Assembly (NCBI GenBank): GCA_045127535.1
Contig: JBGVQN010000009.1
Location: 54,786-118,785, forward strand
Length of the DNA: 64,000 bases
DNA from: Lachnospiraceae bacterium
GTDB taxonomy: Bacteria; Bacillota; Clostridia; Lachnospirales; Lachnospiraceae
Direction of reading: 5' to 3'
Below are positions 49,591 to 58,983 of the stretch, piece after piece (positions within the stretch are counted from its first letter, which is position 1; each line of letters begins with the position of its first letter). The translations under genes were made by a program, and so were the position numbers. The notes under the pieces are model-generated. The model was not told the DNA's origin and made no database searches. It saw nothing but the letters and a program-made list of their open reading frames with translations.

Positions 49591-49623
49591 TATAAAAAAT
49601 AATATAATGAGAGGAGACACAGT

Positions 49624-50094
49624 ATGAATCAGCAGGAAAGCAAGCAGAAGCTTGCAGAAGAATACAACGCTTACATCAAAGCAGTCACACCCACATTCAG
49701 TACAGCCAAAAATATGTTTCGGGCTTTCTGGACAGGCGGTGTGGTCTGTGTCATTGGGCAGGCACTGAACAACCTGTTTACAGGCATGGGGCTGGAGAAA
49801 AAGGATGCGTCTGCCTGGACATTGCTGGTGCTGATCTTTGTGGCCATTGTACTGACTGGCTTTAATCTGTTCAGCAAGATTGCAAAGTATGCAGGTGCAG
49901 GCGTATTGGTGCCCATTACTGGTTTTGCCAATGGTGTGGCTTCCCCTGCCATAGAGTATAAGAAAGAGGGATGGGTGTTTGGCGTAGGCTGCAAGATCTT
50001 TACCATTGCAGGGCCGGTGATCTTGTATGGAATCATTACCAGCTGGGTGTTGGGGGTGATCTGTTGGGTGTTGCAGATGATGGGAGTGGCGTGA
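49624..50094 (+). CDS. spoVAC: stage V sporulation protein AC
   Basis: A SpoVAC/SpoVAEB-family membrane protein with GVLVPITGFANGVASPAIEYKKEG. An RBS, GAGAGGAG, precedes the start. Confidence 0.8.
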   Translation: MNQQESKQKLAEEYNAYIKAVTPTFSTAKNMFRAFWTGGVVCVIGQALNNLFTGMGLEKKDASAWTLLVLIFVAIVLTGFNLFSKIAKYAGAGVLVPITGFANGVASPAIEYKKEGWVFGVGCKIFTIAGPVILYGIITSWVLGVICWVLQMMGVA

Positions 50095-50402
50095 GGCTAC
50101 TCCTGTTTGCGTTTGCTGGTACATTTTTGGGGCATTATACAGCATAAATACAAAACAAAATGGCTCAAAAATATAAAATAAAACACATCAAAAAACCGGA
50201 TTTGCTGATGGTAATTACTGGTGGCAATATGGCATATACGAGACCGGATGGTGTGAAGATCATACCAATCGGGTGTCTGAAAGACTAGTAACAGGACAGA
50301 GGGAACTGGGTAAAATACGGAAAATGTGAAAAATGCAGAAAAAGTCGCTCATCTTTTTGTGATATACTTCAAAAAGTCGCTCATTTTTTTGTATATTGTA
50401 TA

Positions 50403-50508
50403 GGTAATTGCGGAACGGTATTCCATATCAGATTTGAGAAGTATTTGTAAGAAAATATTTTCTTACAGATACTTCTCAAAGCGTCCGTTCAGATGTTTCG
50501 TAATTACC
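50403..50508 (+). repeat. core-less copy of the repeat (left and right TIR fused into one long hairpin)
   Basis: GGTAATTGCGGAACGGTATTCCATATCAGATTTGAGAAGTATTTGTAAGAAAATATTTTCTTACAGATACTTCTCAAAGCGTCCGTTCAGATGTTTCGTAATTACC. The central 42 nt form a perfect palindrome. Confidence 0.75.
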
Positions 50509-51015
50509 TAATATTGTATAAAGAAGGGAGTGTGCGTATGGGCGAAATATATTTAAAACGTAAAGTGAATACGTTTTTGCTGAAGGATTATTTGAATGAA
50601 CCATAACTGCCTACAAGCCGTAGGCTGTATGAGATTGTATCTGTTAGCGGTTGCAGTTTTTATGAAAGACATGGCTTGCATAGAGCAGAAATGGCTGGTG
50701 GAGCTTGGCAAAAATGAATGATGTGCAGAAAAAATATAGATAAATGGTATTTTTTACAAAATTGTGCTATAATGAAAAAGGGTCATATATGAGCTATTTT
50801 GGTTCAAAAAGCAAAAAAAGGATAATATATTATCCTTATCAGCAGGAGGAAATATGTTTGAGCAGCTGAAATTTCCTAGTGAAATTGCAAAAGATGTTGC
50901 TGTAAAAGAAAAAAATGTCCATTTTAAAAAGATATAAAAATTTGTAGAGAACATAGGATCGTATTGATTGAAATGGAATCAATGAACCGACTAAAAAATG
51001 ATTTAAAAATGTTTT

Positions 51016-51160
51016 GACAAAAAATCCGTAAGATGCTATATTGTTTTTAGTTCAATAAGAGTCTGCCACCGGGTAGAAGATGCCAAAAGCATCCGTAAAC
51101 GTATCGTTAGGTCTGAGAAGATACGTTACGGATGCTTTTTTAGAGAAATCCTGCCAGGAG
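51016..51160 (+). promoter_or_regulatory. promoter plus structured leader with intrinsic terminator upstream of pnuC (candidate riboswitch/attenuator)
   Basis: TTGACA, 17 nt, then TATATT. A leader follows in which the small hairpin GATGC-caaaa-GCATC overlaps the left arm of a 17-bp terminator stem, GCATCCGTAAACGTATC...GATACGTTACGGATGC, followed by TTTTTT. Confidence 0.4.
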
Positions 51161-51197
51161 CGCTGCATGAAATATATTTCAGGAGTTGGAGGTAATT

Positions 51198-51884
51198 ATG
51201 CATATTGTGAAATCATTTCAGAATCTGAACAGATTAGAGAGGGGGTTATGGATCAGCTCGGTACTGGTATTGGTGATATCCTTTGGAATGAGCCCGAATC
51301 AGGATTATCTGACTCTGACAGCATCTTTGATTGGAGTAACTGCTTTGATATTTGTATCCAAAGGAGATGTACTGGGGCAGATGCTGACAGTTGGATTCAG
51401 CCTTTTTTATGCTGTGATTTCCTGGCGGTTCCGATATTATGGAGAAATGATTACGTATCTGTGTATGACAACACCCATTGCATTATTGTCAGTCATTACC
51501 TGGCTGCGCAATCCCTATTCCGAGCAAGAGGTAAAAGTGAATCATCTGACAAGCAAAATATGGGGCATATTGCTTGTATCTGCGGTATTGGTAACAGCAG
51601 TCTTTTATTGGATTTTAAAAGCCTTTGATACACCAAATCTGTTTTTCAGTACGGCTTCCATTGCCACCAGCTTTCTGGCTTCTGGTCTGATGATGCTGCG
51701 CAGTCCTTATTATGCAGTGGCATATGCGGCCAATGACATTGTACTGATTATATTGTGGGTTTTGGCAGCTGTTTCTGATATAATATATTTGCCAATGGTG
51801 CTGTGTTTTGGAATGTTTCTGCTCAATGATCTGTATGGATTTGTGAACTGGAACCGAATGAAGTGCAGGCAGCAGATGGAATAA
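51198..51884 (+). CDS. pnuC: nicotinamide riboside transporter PnuC-like
   Basis: A 7-8 TM protein of PnuC size and hydropathy. The C-terminus reads LNDLYGFVNW. The RBS GGAGG lies 5 nt before the ATG at 51198. Confidence 0.6.
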   Translation: MHIVKSFQNLNRLERGLWISSVLVLVISFGMSPNQDYLTLTASLIGVTALIFVSKGDVLGQMLTVGFSLFYAVISWRFRYYGEMITYLCMTTPIALLSVITWLRNPYSEQEVKVNHLTSKIWGILLVSAVLVTAVFYWILKAFDTPNLFFSTASIATSFLASGLMMLRSPYYAVAYAANDIVLIILWVLAAVSDIIYLPMVLCFGMFLLNDLYGFVNWNRMKCRQQME

Positions 51885-52221
51885 ACAAATAAAATGTGAG
51901 AAAGCAATTACAGCAGAGGAATGTGATTGTAAAAAATGTGAAAAAGTGTTTGCAGAATTGAAATCAGAATAAGAAAAAAAGGTGAATGGGTCTGTCAGTC
52001 TGAGAGGATTGGCAGGCTTTTTTATGCTATCTGGATAGTAAAAAAGCCGTCCTTGTATAAAAAATAGAATAGAAAGTGTGATAGGATTGAATAAAAGTGT
52101 AGAAAAAAATAAAAAGTATGCTATAATGAGAAAAAGAACATTTGTTTGGTCTGGATTATAAAAAAAGATAATTTCCACAAATAGGGTTTCTGACAGCAGG
52201 ACATAGAGATAGGAAAGAGGG

Positions 52222-52794
52222 ATGGAAATGGATTATGAAATACGCTACAGCCAACGTAAATCAGTTGGAATTGAGGTGACAAAGGAGGCAAAGGTGCTGG
52301 TCAGGGCGCCTTATGGCACATCGGTTAAGCAAATACAGTATTTTGTAGAAGCACATGCAGACTGGATCATAAAGCACAGACAAAAGGTACTGCAGCAGAT
52401 ACAGGCAGTGCAAACCAGAGAACCCATTGATGTTTTGGAGATCGAGCAGCTGGCACAGCAGGCAGCTAAGGTGATACCAGAGCGTGCTGCATATTTTGCA
52501 GGAGTCATGGGGGTTACCTATGGCAGGATCACCATACGCAATCAAAAGACCCGTTGGGGCAGCTGCAGCAGCAAAGGCAATCTGAATTTTAACTGTCTTT
52601 TGATGCTGGTACCGGCAGAGGTGTTGGATTATGTGGTAGTACATGAGCTGTGCCATCGAAAAGAGATGAATCACTCTCCCAGATTTTGGAGAGAGGTGGA
52701 GAAGGTGCTGCCCCGTTATAGAGAGCAGGAAAGATGGCTGAAGGAGCATGGCAGCACCATCATAAGGAGTGTGGACAGAAGCGGATCAGCGTAA
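52222..52794 (+). CDS. YgjP-like (DUF45/M48-related) zinc metallohydrolase
   Basis: A HELCHRKEMNHSPRFW zincin-like motif in the C-terminal half. Confidence 0.65.
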   Translation: MEMDYEIRYSQRKSVGIEVTKEAKVLVRAPYGTSVKQIQYFVEAHADWIIKHRQKVLQQIQAVQTREPIDVLEIEQLAQQAAKVIPERAAYFAGVMGVTYGRITIRNQKTRWGSCSSKGNLNFNCLLMLVPAEVLDYVVVHELCHRKEMNHSPRFWREVEKVLPRYREQERWLKEHGSTIIRSVDRSGSA

Positions 52795-52996
52795 GTAAGC
52801 CCTATGGATATAAAATAAGACCTATAGCTTTCGCGTAGAAAGAGGCTGATTACAATAAAGCAAAGAAATATTTGAAAAATTGGGTATGGCAGCTCTGATA
52901 AAGCGGGCATCAGACAGGTACATTGGCCATGAGATCTTAAAAAAGAAAGGTGCCGGGGAATAGACAGTATAAACGGATCAGGAGGAAAAGAGCAGC

Positions 52997-53419
52997 ATGC
53001 AGAAGGAAAAATTGATTTGTTGCACATATGATAAGGAAACATTGGCAGATTGCAAGTATGTTGTGGTGCTGTCCCACTATCAGGGACAGATCCTGTTAAG
53101 CAGGCATAAGGACAGAGCCACCTGGGAGACCCAGGGCGGTCATATTGAGCCAGGGGAAGCGCCCGTAGAGGCTGCAAGGCGTGAGCTGTATGAGGAATCC
53201 GGGGCTTTGGAGTATGAGCTGCAGTATCTGTGTGACTACCGGGCAGAGCATCCGGTGACCCGCAGGGGTGCCAATGGAGCAGTATTTGCAGCAGAGATCC
53301 ATACATTGGGGCCAATGCCGGAAAGTGAAATGGCAGAGGTCAGAACGTTTGATGTGCTGCCGGACAACCTGACCTATCCGGAGATCACACCGGTTTTATT
53401 TATGAAACTAGAAAGCTAG
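52997..53419 (+). CDS. NUDIX hydrolase
   Basis: A Nudix box reading GGHIEPGEAPVEAARRELYEESG. Confidence 0.75.
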   Translation: MQKEKLICCTYDKETLADCKYVVVLSHYQGQILLSRHKDRATWETQGGHIEPGEAPVEAARRELYEESGALEYELQYLCDYRAEHPVTRRGANGAVFAAEIHTLGPMPESEMAEVRTFDVLPDNLTYPEITPVLFMKLES

Positions 53420-53538
53420 GGAAAGATGCGGTTGCATGTTGGGAAAGCTGGAAAAAGGTTTTGGCGCAATGTGCAGCGTATCAGAAATGATGCCATAGAG
53501 CAAAGAAAAATCATAACGATAGAAACAGAGGAAACACA

Positions 53539-54312
53539 ATGGATGTGATAGATCAGCAGACTGCTGCAAATGCGGATGAAATTTTAGAAAAGGTATTTCG
53601 CCTGGTAGCCCTTCACAAATCAGGGGCACTTGGGGGAGAAAAGATGCCGGAGGACGAAAATCCAGGACTGGATCCGGCATCTAAGGAGAATTATATGTAC
53701 TTTACCTTACCAATGGCACTCAATTACCAGCGCAATTCTTATGTACTTTGGCAGTGTGCCAATGCAATGTACAAGGAGGCGCAGGACAGAGTGGTATTTA
53801 ACAGTGAGGCGGTTTGCAGGATGTCCATAGAGCAGCTGCGACAGATCCTGGTACAGTATAAGGTGGCACTGCAGCCCAATAAGCAGCCGGTCATTTGGCA
53901 GAAGCTGTGTGAGACCATTTCCAATCAGTTTGACGGAGATATCCGCCGCCTGTTTGTACAGCAGGGATATTCAGCTGCAGGTGTAAGAGAGTATATTGCA
54001 GGTCATAAAAAGGACTTTCCCTATTTGGGCGGCAACAAGATCTGCAATTACTGGCTGTATGTGCTGGAGCAGTATACAGATATGCGCTTTGTAGACAGGG
54101 AAGCCATTACGGTGGCACCGGATACCCATGTGATACAGGCCAGCATCCGTCTGGGGCTTTTGACGGAGGAAGAGGGCAGGCAGTCTCAGGTGCAGGTACT
54201 GGCAGCAGACAGGTGGAAAGCGCTGTTACAGGGGACCGGGCTGGTGCCCATTGATGTACATACGCCCATGTGGCTGTGGAGCAGGGGTGGATTCAAAGTG
54301 CCATTACAGTAG
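53539..54312 (+). CDS. hypothetical protein (possibly HhH-GPD/queuosine-salvage-like fold)
   Basis: A 257-aa protein with no certain motif. A helical HhH-like segment reads VAPDTHVIQASIRLGLL. Confidence 0.35.
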   Translation: MDVIDQQTAANADEILEKVFRLVALHKSGALGGEKMPEDENPGLDPASKENYMYFTLPMALNYQRNSYVLWQCANAMYKEAQDRVVFNSEAVCRMSIEQLRQILVQYKVALQPNKQPVIWQKLCETISNQFDGDIRRLFVQQGYSAAGVREYIAGHKKDFPYLGGNKICNYWLYVLEQYTDMRFVDREAITVAPDTHVIQASIRLGLLTEEEGRQSQVQVLAADRWKALLQGTGLVPIDVHTPMWLWSRGGFKVPLQ

Positions 54313-54480
54313 GTATCATTTCCATCCTGAAAAATGGAAAGGCCAAGGCGCTGAAAATATCTACTTTAGCCAAGCTGTATGCAGCGCTGGACTGCCAGCC
54401 GGGAGATCTTCTGGAATACAGAAAAAAAGAAGCAGAAAAATCAGTTTTGCAAAAATGAATTCAAGAGAAAGAGGCATAAT

Positions 54481-55233
54481 ATGACTGAACTGGAACTGAC
54501 ACAGCAGATGGCATACAGGGTAAAGGCCTGCAGCGCCATTATGTTAGAGGCCAAACATATAGAAAAGGACACCATCGCCAAAGAGGGGCGTGCCAATTTT
54601 GTAACAGCATATGACAAAAAAGTACAGGAAAGACTGTATCAGGATCTGTTAGAGCTGCTGCCGGAAGCAGAATTTCTGGGAGAAGAAGGGGAGCAGGGAC
54701 AGATCGATGTATCTAAGGGCTATGTATATATTGTAGACCCAATTGATGGCACCACCAATTTTATGAAGGGGTACCAGATGAGTGCTATTTCTGTAGCGCT
54801 GGCCAAAGATGGTCAGGTGATCTGCGGTGTAGTGTATAATCCTTATCTGGATGAACTGTTTACTGCAGCTAAGGGACAGGGGGCATTTTTAAATGGAGTC
54901 TCCATTCATGTATCCAAAGCACCATTATCAGAGGGACTGGTATTGTTTGGGACTTCCCCATATCATGAAAGCCTGGCAGAAAAGTCCTTTCAGACTGCAT
55001 ATCAATATTTTAAGCAGGCACTGGATGTGCGCAGAAGTGGTTCTGCAGCTTTGGATCTGTGCAGCATTGCAGCAGGCAGGGCAGAACTGTTTTTTGAATT
55101 GATTTTGCAGCCTTGGGATTATGCAGCTGGTTCCCTGCTGATCCAGGAAGCAGGAGGGGTGGTTACAGATATGGAGGGTAGTGAAATTATCCTGGATGGT
55201 CCATGCAGTATACTGGCAACAAATGGTGTGTAA
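54481..55233 (+). CDS. inositol monophosphatase family protein (SuhB-like)
   Basis: The IMPase motifs FLGEEG, IVDPIDGTTNF and WDYAAG. An RBS, AAAGAGG, precedes the ATG at 54481. Confidence 0.75.
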   Translation: MTELELTQQMAYRVKACSAIMLEAKHIEKDTIAKEGRANFVTAYDKKVQERLYQDLLELLPEAEFLGEEGEQGQIDVSKGYVYIVDPIDGTTNFMKGYQMSAISVALAKDGQVICGVVYNPYLDELFTAAKGQGAFLNGVSIHVSKAPLSEGLVLFGTSPYHESLAEKSFQTAYQYFKQALDVRRSGSAALDLCSIAAGRAELFFELILQPWDYAAGSLLIQEAGGVVTDMEGSEIILDGPCSILATNGV

Positions 55234-55348
55234 GGAGGAAAGGTACAATAACTTGGGATTGATTGCAGCCGGGAATTGTGATAGTATGTATACGTTGGTG
55301 TTTGTACAAGATGGAAATACCATTTATGTAGATTGGGGAGAAAATACA

Positions 55349-56704
55349 GTGAAGATTATCATTATCGGTTGTGGAAAAGTAGGCCAGACACTAGCTGTTG
55401 TGTTAAGTGAGGAAAACAATGATGTAACAGTTGTGGATCAGCAGAGAAGCAAAATGGAGGTTTTGTGTAACCAGTATAATATCATTGGTGTGGTAGGCAA
55501 TGGTGCCAGCTATGCAGTACAAAAGGAGGCAGGCGTAGAGCAGGCAGATCTGCTGATCGCAGTAACGGGTTCTGACGAACTGAATCTGTTAAGCTGTCTG
55601 ATAGCCAAGAAAGCCGGAAACTGTAATACCATAGCCAGAGTTCGTAAACCGGAATACAATGAGCAGCTGGATTTGATAAAAGAAGAATTAGGACTTGCCA
55701 TGGTTATTAATCAGGAGTGGGCTTCTGCTCAGGAAGTTTCCAGAGTGTTAAAGTTCCCTTCTGCCATTAAGATCGATACATTTGCCAAGTCCAGAGTGGA
55801 AATATTGAAATACCGGGTACCCGCTGGATCCATCCTGGCAGGAATGACCTTGGAGGAAATGCATTCCAGATTAAAGTGTAACATTCTGATCTGTGCTGCG
55901 GAGCGGGACGGCCAGGTGCGTATTCCAAAAGGTGATTATGAGATCCAGGAAAAGGATGTGATTTCTATAGTAGCTACAGCAGGAGATGCCAATGATTTCT
56001 TTAAGAAAATTGGTGTTGCTTCTGCAAAAGTGAAAAATATCATTATGGTAGGAGGCGGCGAAATAGCCTATTATCTGGCCAAAATGCTTCTGCCTCTGGG
56101 AATCCGTGTGAAAATCATTGAAAAGAATCTGTCCAGATGTGAAGAACTTGCCAGACTGCTGCCAAAAGCAACCATTATTAATGGGGATGGTACAGACAAG
56201 CAGCTACTGCTGGAAGAAGGGATTCAGGACTGTGATTCCTTTGCAGCACTGACAGATTTTGACGAAGAAAATATTTTGATTTCCCTATACTTTAAGGGGC
56301 TTGGAAAGAAAAAGTCTATTACCAAAATCAACCGCATTGCCTTTGATGAGGTAGTAAGAGAACTGGATCTGGATACCGTATTTTATCCTAAAAATATTAC
56401 AGCAGAAAATATTATACGATATGTAAGGGCTATGAAACAGTCCTTTGGCAGCAATGTGGAGACAGTTCATCGCCTGGAGAATAATGTAGAAGCCCTGGAG
56501 TTTGTGGTAGATGAAAAGGCTGATTTTACAGATATTGAGCTGCAGAAACTGTCTTTAAAGGATACCATATTGCTGGCTTACATTGGAAGAAAAGGAGAAC
56601 ATATTATACCAAGAGGTAATGATGTACTGAAAACAGGAGATACTGTGATTGTGGTGACCACCAAAACCGGTTTCCATGACATATCAGATATTTTCCAGAA
56701 GTAA
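55349..56704 (+). CDS. trkA: Trk system potassium uptake protein TrkA (two RCK/NAD-binding domains)
   Basis: VKIIIIGCGKVG is a Rossmann motif. A second one reads IIMVGGGEIAYYLA. GTG start, with the RBS GGGGAG 7 nt upstream. Confidence 0.75.
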   Translation: MKIIIIGCGKVGQTLAVVLSEENNDVTVVDQQRSKMEVLCNQYNIIGVVGNGASYAVQKEAGVEQADLLIAVTGSDELNLLSCLIAKKAGNCNTIARVRKPEYNEQLDLIKEELGLAMVINQEWASAQEVSRVLKFPSAIKIDTFAKSRVEILKYRVPAGSILAGMTLEEMHSRLKCNILICAAERDGQVRIPKGDYEIQEKDVISIVATAGDANDFFKKIGVASAKVKNIIMVGGGEIAYYLAKMLLPLGIRVKIIEKNLSRCEELARLLPKATIINGDGTDKQLLLEEGIQDCDSFAALTDFDEENILISLYFKGLGKKKSITKINRIAFDEVVRELDLDTVFYPKNITAENIIRYVRAMKQSFGSNVETVHRLENNVEALEFVVDEKADFTDIELQKLSLKDTILLAYIGRKGEHIIPRGNDVLKTGDTVIVVTTKTGFHDISDIFQK

Positions 56705-56747
56705 GAAAAAGTATGGGAAGCTCCTTTCTTTGAACGGGAACAATTTA

Positions 56748-56989
56748 GGCAATTGCGAAACTCTTTACCGGACGTTTTGCGAAGTGCTTGTCAGAAAATA
56801 TTTTCACGCGACGTATCATTTATGATACGTTTGGCGCGCTCTCGCTTCGGTAAAAACGCAGTGGTACTAATAAATTTTGCACCTGTGGCACAAAATTTAA
56901 AGTACTGGCGTTTTTAAGAGCCTGCTTAGAAAACATGTTCTGACAGACATTTCACAAAGCTGGTACGAAACCTAGTTTCGCAATTATCT
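56748..56989 (-). repeat. MITE-like palindromic intergenic repeat, full copy, reverse orientation
   Basis: It is the reverse complement of the 39634-39904 type. The termini are GGCAATTGCGAAACTC ... AGTTTCGCAATTATC. The central hairpin is TTTTGCACCTGTGGCACAAAA. Confidence 0.8.
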
Positions 56990-57120
56990 AAGCATGAACA
57001 ACAAAAGTACTCGTAGATCTTTCTCTGTGTTTATGAATAATGGGAAAGAGGACGACAAACACGGATATTCTGGAAATATGCGGCAGAAAAATACGAAGAA
57101 CCTTGAGGTTTTGGTGAACT

Positions 57121-58560
57121 ATGAATTATGGAATGATTATCTATATATTGGGATGTGTGTTGAGTTTTGAAGCAGTATTTCTGTTTCCTTCCTGCCTGGT
57201 AGCTGTCATATACAGAGAACAGGCTGGCTGGGGATGTTTTTGGGCTGCAGCATTGTGTGCGGCAGTTGGTTTTTTGCTGACCAGAAAGAGACCCAAAAAC
57301 CGGGCAATTTATGCCAAGGAAGGATTTGTGGTAGTGGCGTTCAGCTGGATTGTACTGAGTATTTTTGGCGCGCTGCCTTTTGTGTTTTCGGGCGCCATTC
57401 CTTCTATGGTAGATGCATTGTTTGAAACGGTTTCTGGTTTTACCACCACGGGAGCCAGCATTTTGTCAGATGTGGAAGCTTTGCCTAAATGTATTCAGTT
57501 TTGGCGCAGCTTTACCCACTGGATCGGCGGTATGGGTGTGCTGGTATTTGTGATGGCAGTCATCCCCCTGTCAGGAGGCAACAGTGTGTATCTGATGAAG
57601 GCAGAAAGCCCTGGCCCCAGTGTGGAAAAACTGGTGCCCAATGTAAAGCAGACTGCATTTATTTTATATGCCATGTACATTGTCATTACGGTCATTGAGT
57701 TTGTGATTCTGGTGCTGGGAAAAATGCCGGTATTTGACAGTCTGCTGCTGACCTTTGGTACAGCAGGTACCGGTGGCTTTGGCATCAAAAATGACAGTCT
57801 GGGCAGCTATACAGATTTCCAGCAGATCGTCATTACCATCTTTATGATCTTGTTTGGTATTAATTTTAATGCATATTACTTTATCTATCGAAAGAAGTGG
57901 AAAGATGCATGCCGTATGACAGAGGTCAGGGCATATCTGCTGATCATCCTCACTGCCATTGTGCTGATCAGTATGAATACCAGAGGTATGTTTGCGTCCC
58001 TGTTCCAGACTGTCAAGCACAGTGCCTTTCAGGTGGCATCCATTATTACGACCACTGGATATTCTACAGTGGATTTTGACCTGTGGCCGGCCTTTTCCAA
58101 AACCATTCTGGTCGTGTTGATGTTTATTGGGGCCTGTGCCGGAAGCACCGGCGGCGGTATGAAGGTCTCCAGATTTATCATATGGCTGAAAGCAGTTGTA
58201 AAGGAATTGGATTATGTCATCCATCCCCGCAATATTCGTCAGCTCAGTATGGATGGAAAACCCATTGAGCGGCCCACACTGCGGTCAGTCAATGTATTTT
58301 TGTTTACGTATATTTTGATATTTGCGTTGAGCCTGCTGTTGATTTCCCTGGAAAATAAGGATATGACCACCAATTTTACAGCAGTTGCAGCTACGCTGAA
58401 CAATATTGGCCCGGGACTTTCTTTGGTAGGTCCCATGGGGAACTTTGGGGTATTTTCAGACTGGTCAAAGCTGGTGCTGATCTTTGATATGCTGGCAGGC
58501 AGACTGGAGCTGTTCCCCATGCTGATTTTATTTTCACCAAACACCTGGAAAAGAAGGTAA
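57121..58560 (+). CDS. trkH: Trk system potassium transporter TrkH
   Basis: Four MPM repeats with GFTTTGAS and GTGGFG selectivity-filter-like glycines, and GGGMKVSRF. Confidence 0.85.
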   Translation: MNYGMIIYILGCVLSFEAVFLFPSCLVAVIYREQAGWGCFWAAALCAAVGFLLTRKRPKNRAIYAKEGFVVVAFSWIVLSIFGALPFVFSGAIPSMVDALFETVSGFTTTGASILSDVEALPKCIQFWRSFTHWIGGMGVLVFVMAVIPLSGGNSVYLMKAESPGPSVEKLVPNVKQTAFILYAMYIVITVIEFVILVLGKMPVFDSLLLTFGTAGTGGFGIKNDSLGSYTDFQQIVITIFMILFGINFNAYYFIYRKKWKDACRMTEVRAYLLIILTAIVLISMNTRGMFASLFQTVKHSAFQVASIITTTGYSTVDFDLWPAFSKTILVVLMFIGACAGSTGGGMKVSRFIIWLKAVVKELDYVIHPRNIRQLSMDGKPIERPTLRSVNVFLFTYILIFALSLLLISLENKDMTTNFTAVAATLNNIGPGLSLVGPMGNFGVFSDWSKLVLIFDMLAGRLELFPMLILFSPNTWKRR

Positions 58561-58651
58561 AGCCTTGCAACCGTCCGAGATGATAGAAAAGCTATAGGTA
58601 TAAGACCTGCAGCTTTCTATAGAAAACCCAAGTGATTGAGAAACGTTGGAT

Positions 58652-58693
58652 CAGACGCTTCACAAAACGTCCGTCATGTGTTTCACAATTACC
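58652..58693 (+). repeat. solo right-terminus fragment of the repeat
   Basis: CAGACGCTTCACAAAACGTCCGTCATGTGTTTCACAATTACC. Confidence 0.6.
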
Positions 58694-58708
58694 TGTGGGA
58701 ACAGTTAA

Positions 58709-58948
58709 ACAATTGCGAAGCGGTATTCAATATCAGCTTTGGGAAGTATCTGTAAGAAAATGTTTTCTAAGCAGGACTCTTGAAAACGCCGGTACTTTAA
58801 ATTTTGCGCCACAGGCGCAAAATTTATTAGTACCGCTGCGTTTTCACCGAAGCGAGAGCGGGTCAAACGTATCATAAATAATACGTCGCGTAAAAACATT
58901 TTCTTACAGATACTTCCCAAAGCGTCCGTTCACGTGTTTCGCAATTGC
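58709..58948 (+). repeat. MITE-like palindromic intergenic repeat, full copy
   Basis: The termini are CAATTGCGAAGCGG ... GTGTTTCGCAATTGC. The central hairpin is TTTTGCGCCACAGGCGCAAAA. TIR, CTGTAAGAAAATGTTTTC / AAAACATTTTCTTACAG. Confidence 0.85.
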
Positions 58949-58983
58949 TTAATGGAAAAAGTATTTGAAAGGAACAAAAGGTC

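Noticed and set aside
51080-51628. 182-aa ORF overlapping the pnuC region in another frame
   Set aside because: It starts inside the promoter and leader of pnuC and overlaps the better-supported membrane-protein frame. The PnuC frame has the RBS and a hydropathy profile of the expected type.
7619-58948. Possibility that the recurring palindromic repeats are a CRISPR array
   Set aside because: Copies are dispersed over more than 50 kb, are 100-270 bp long, have no regular unique spacers between them, and no cas genes are present. They behave like MITE or REP-type elements instead.
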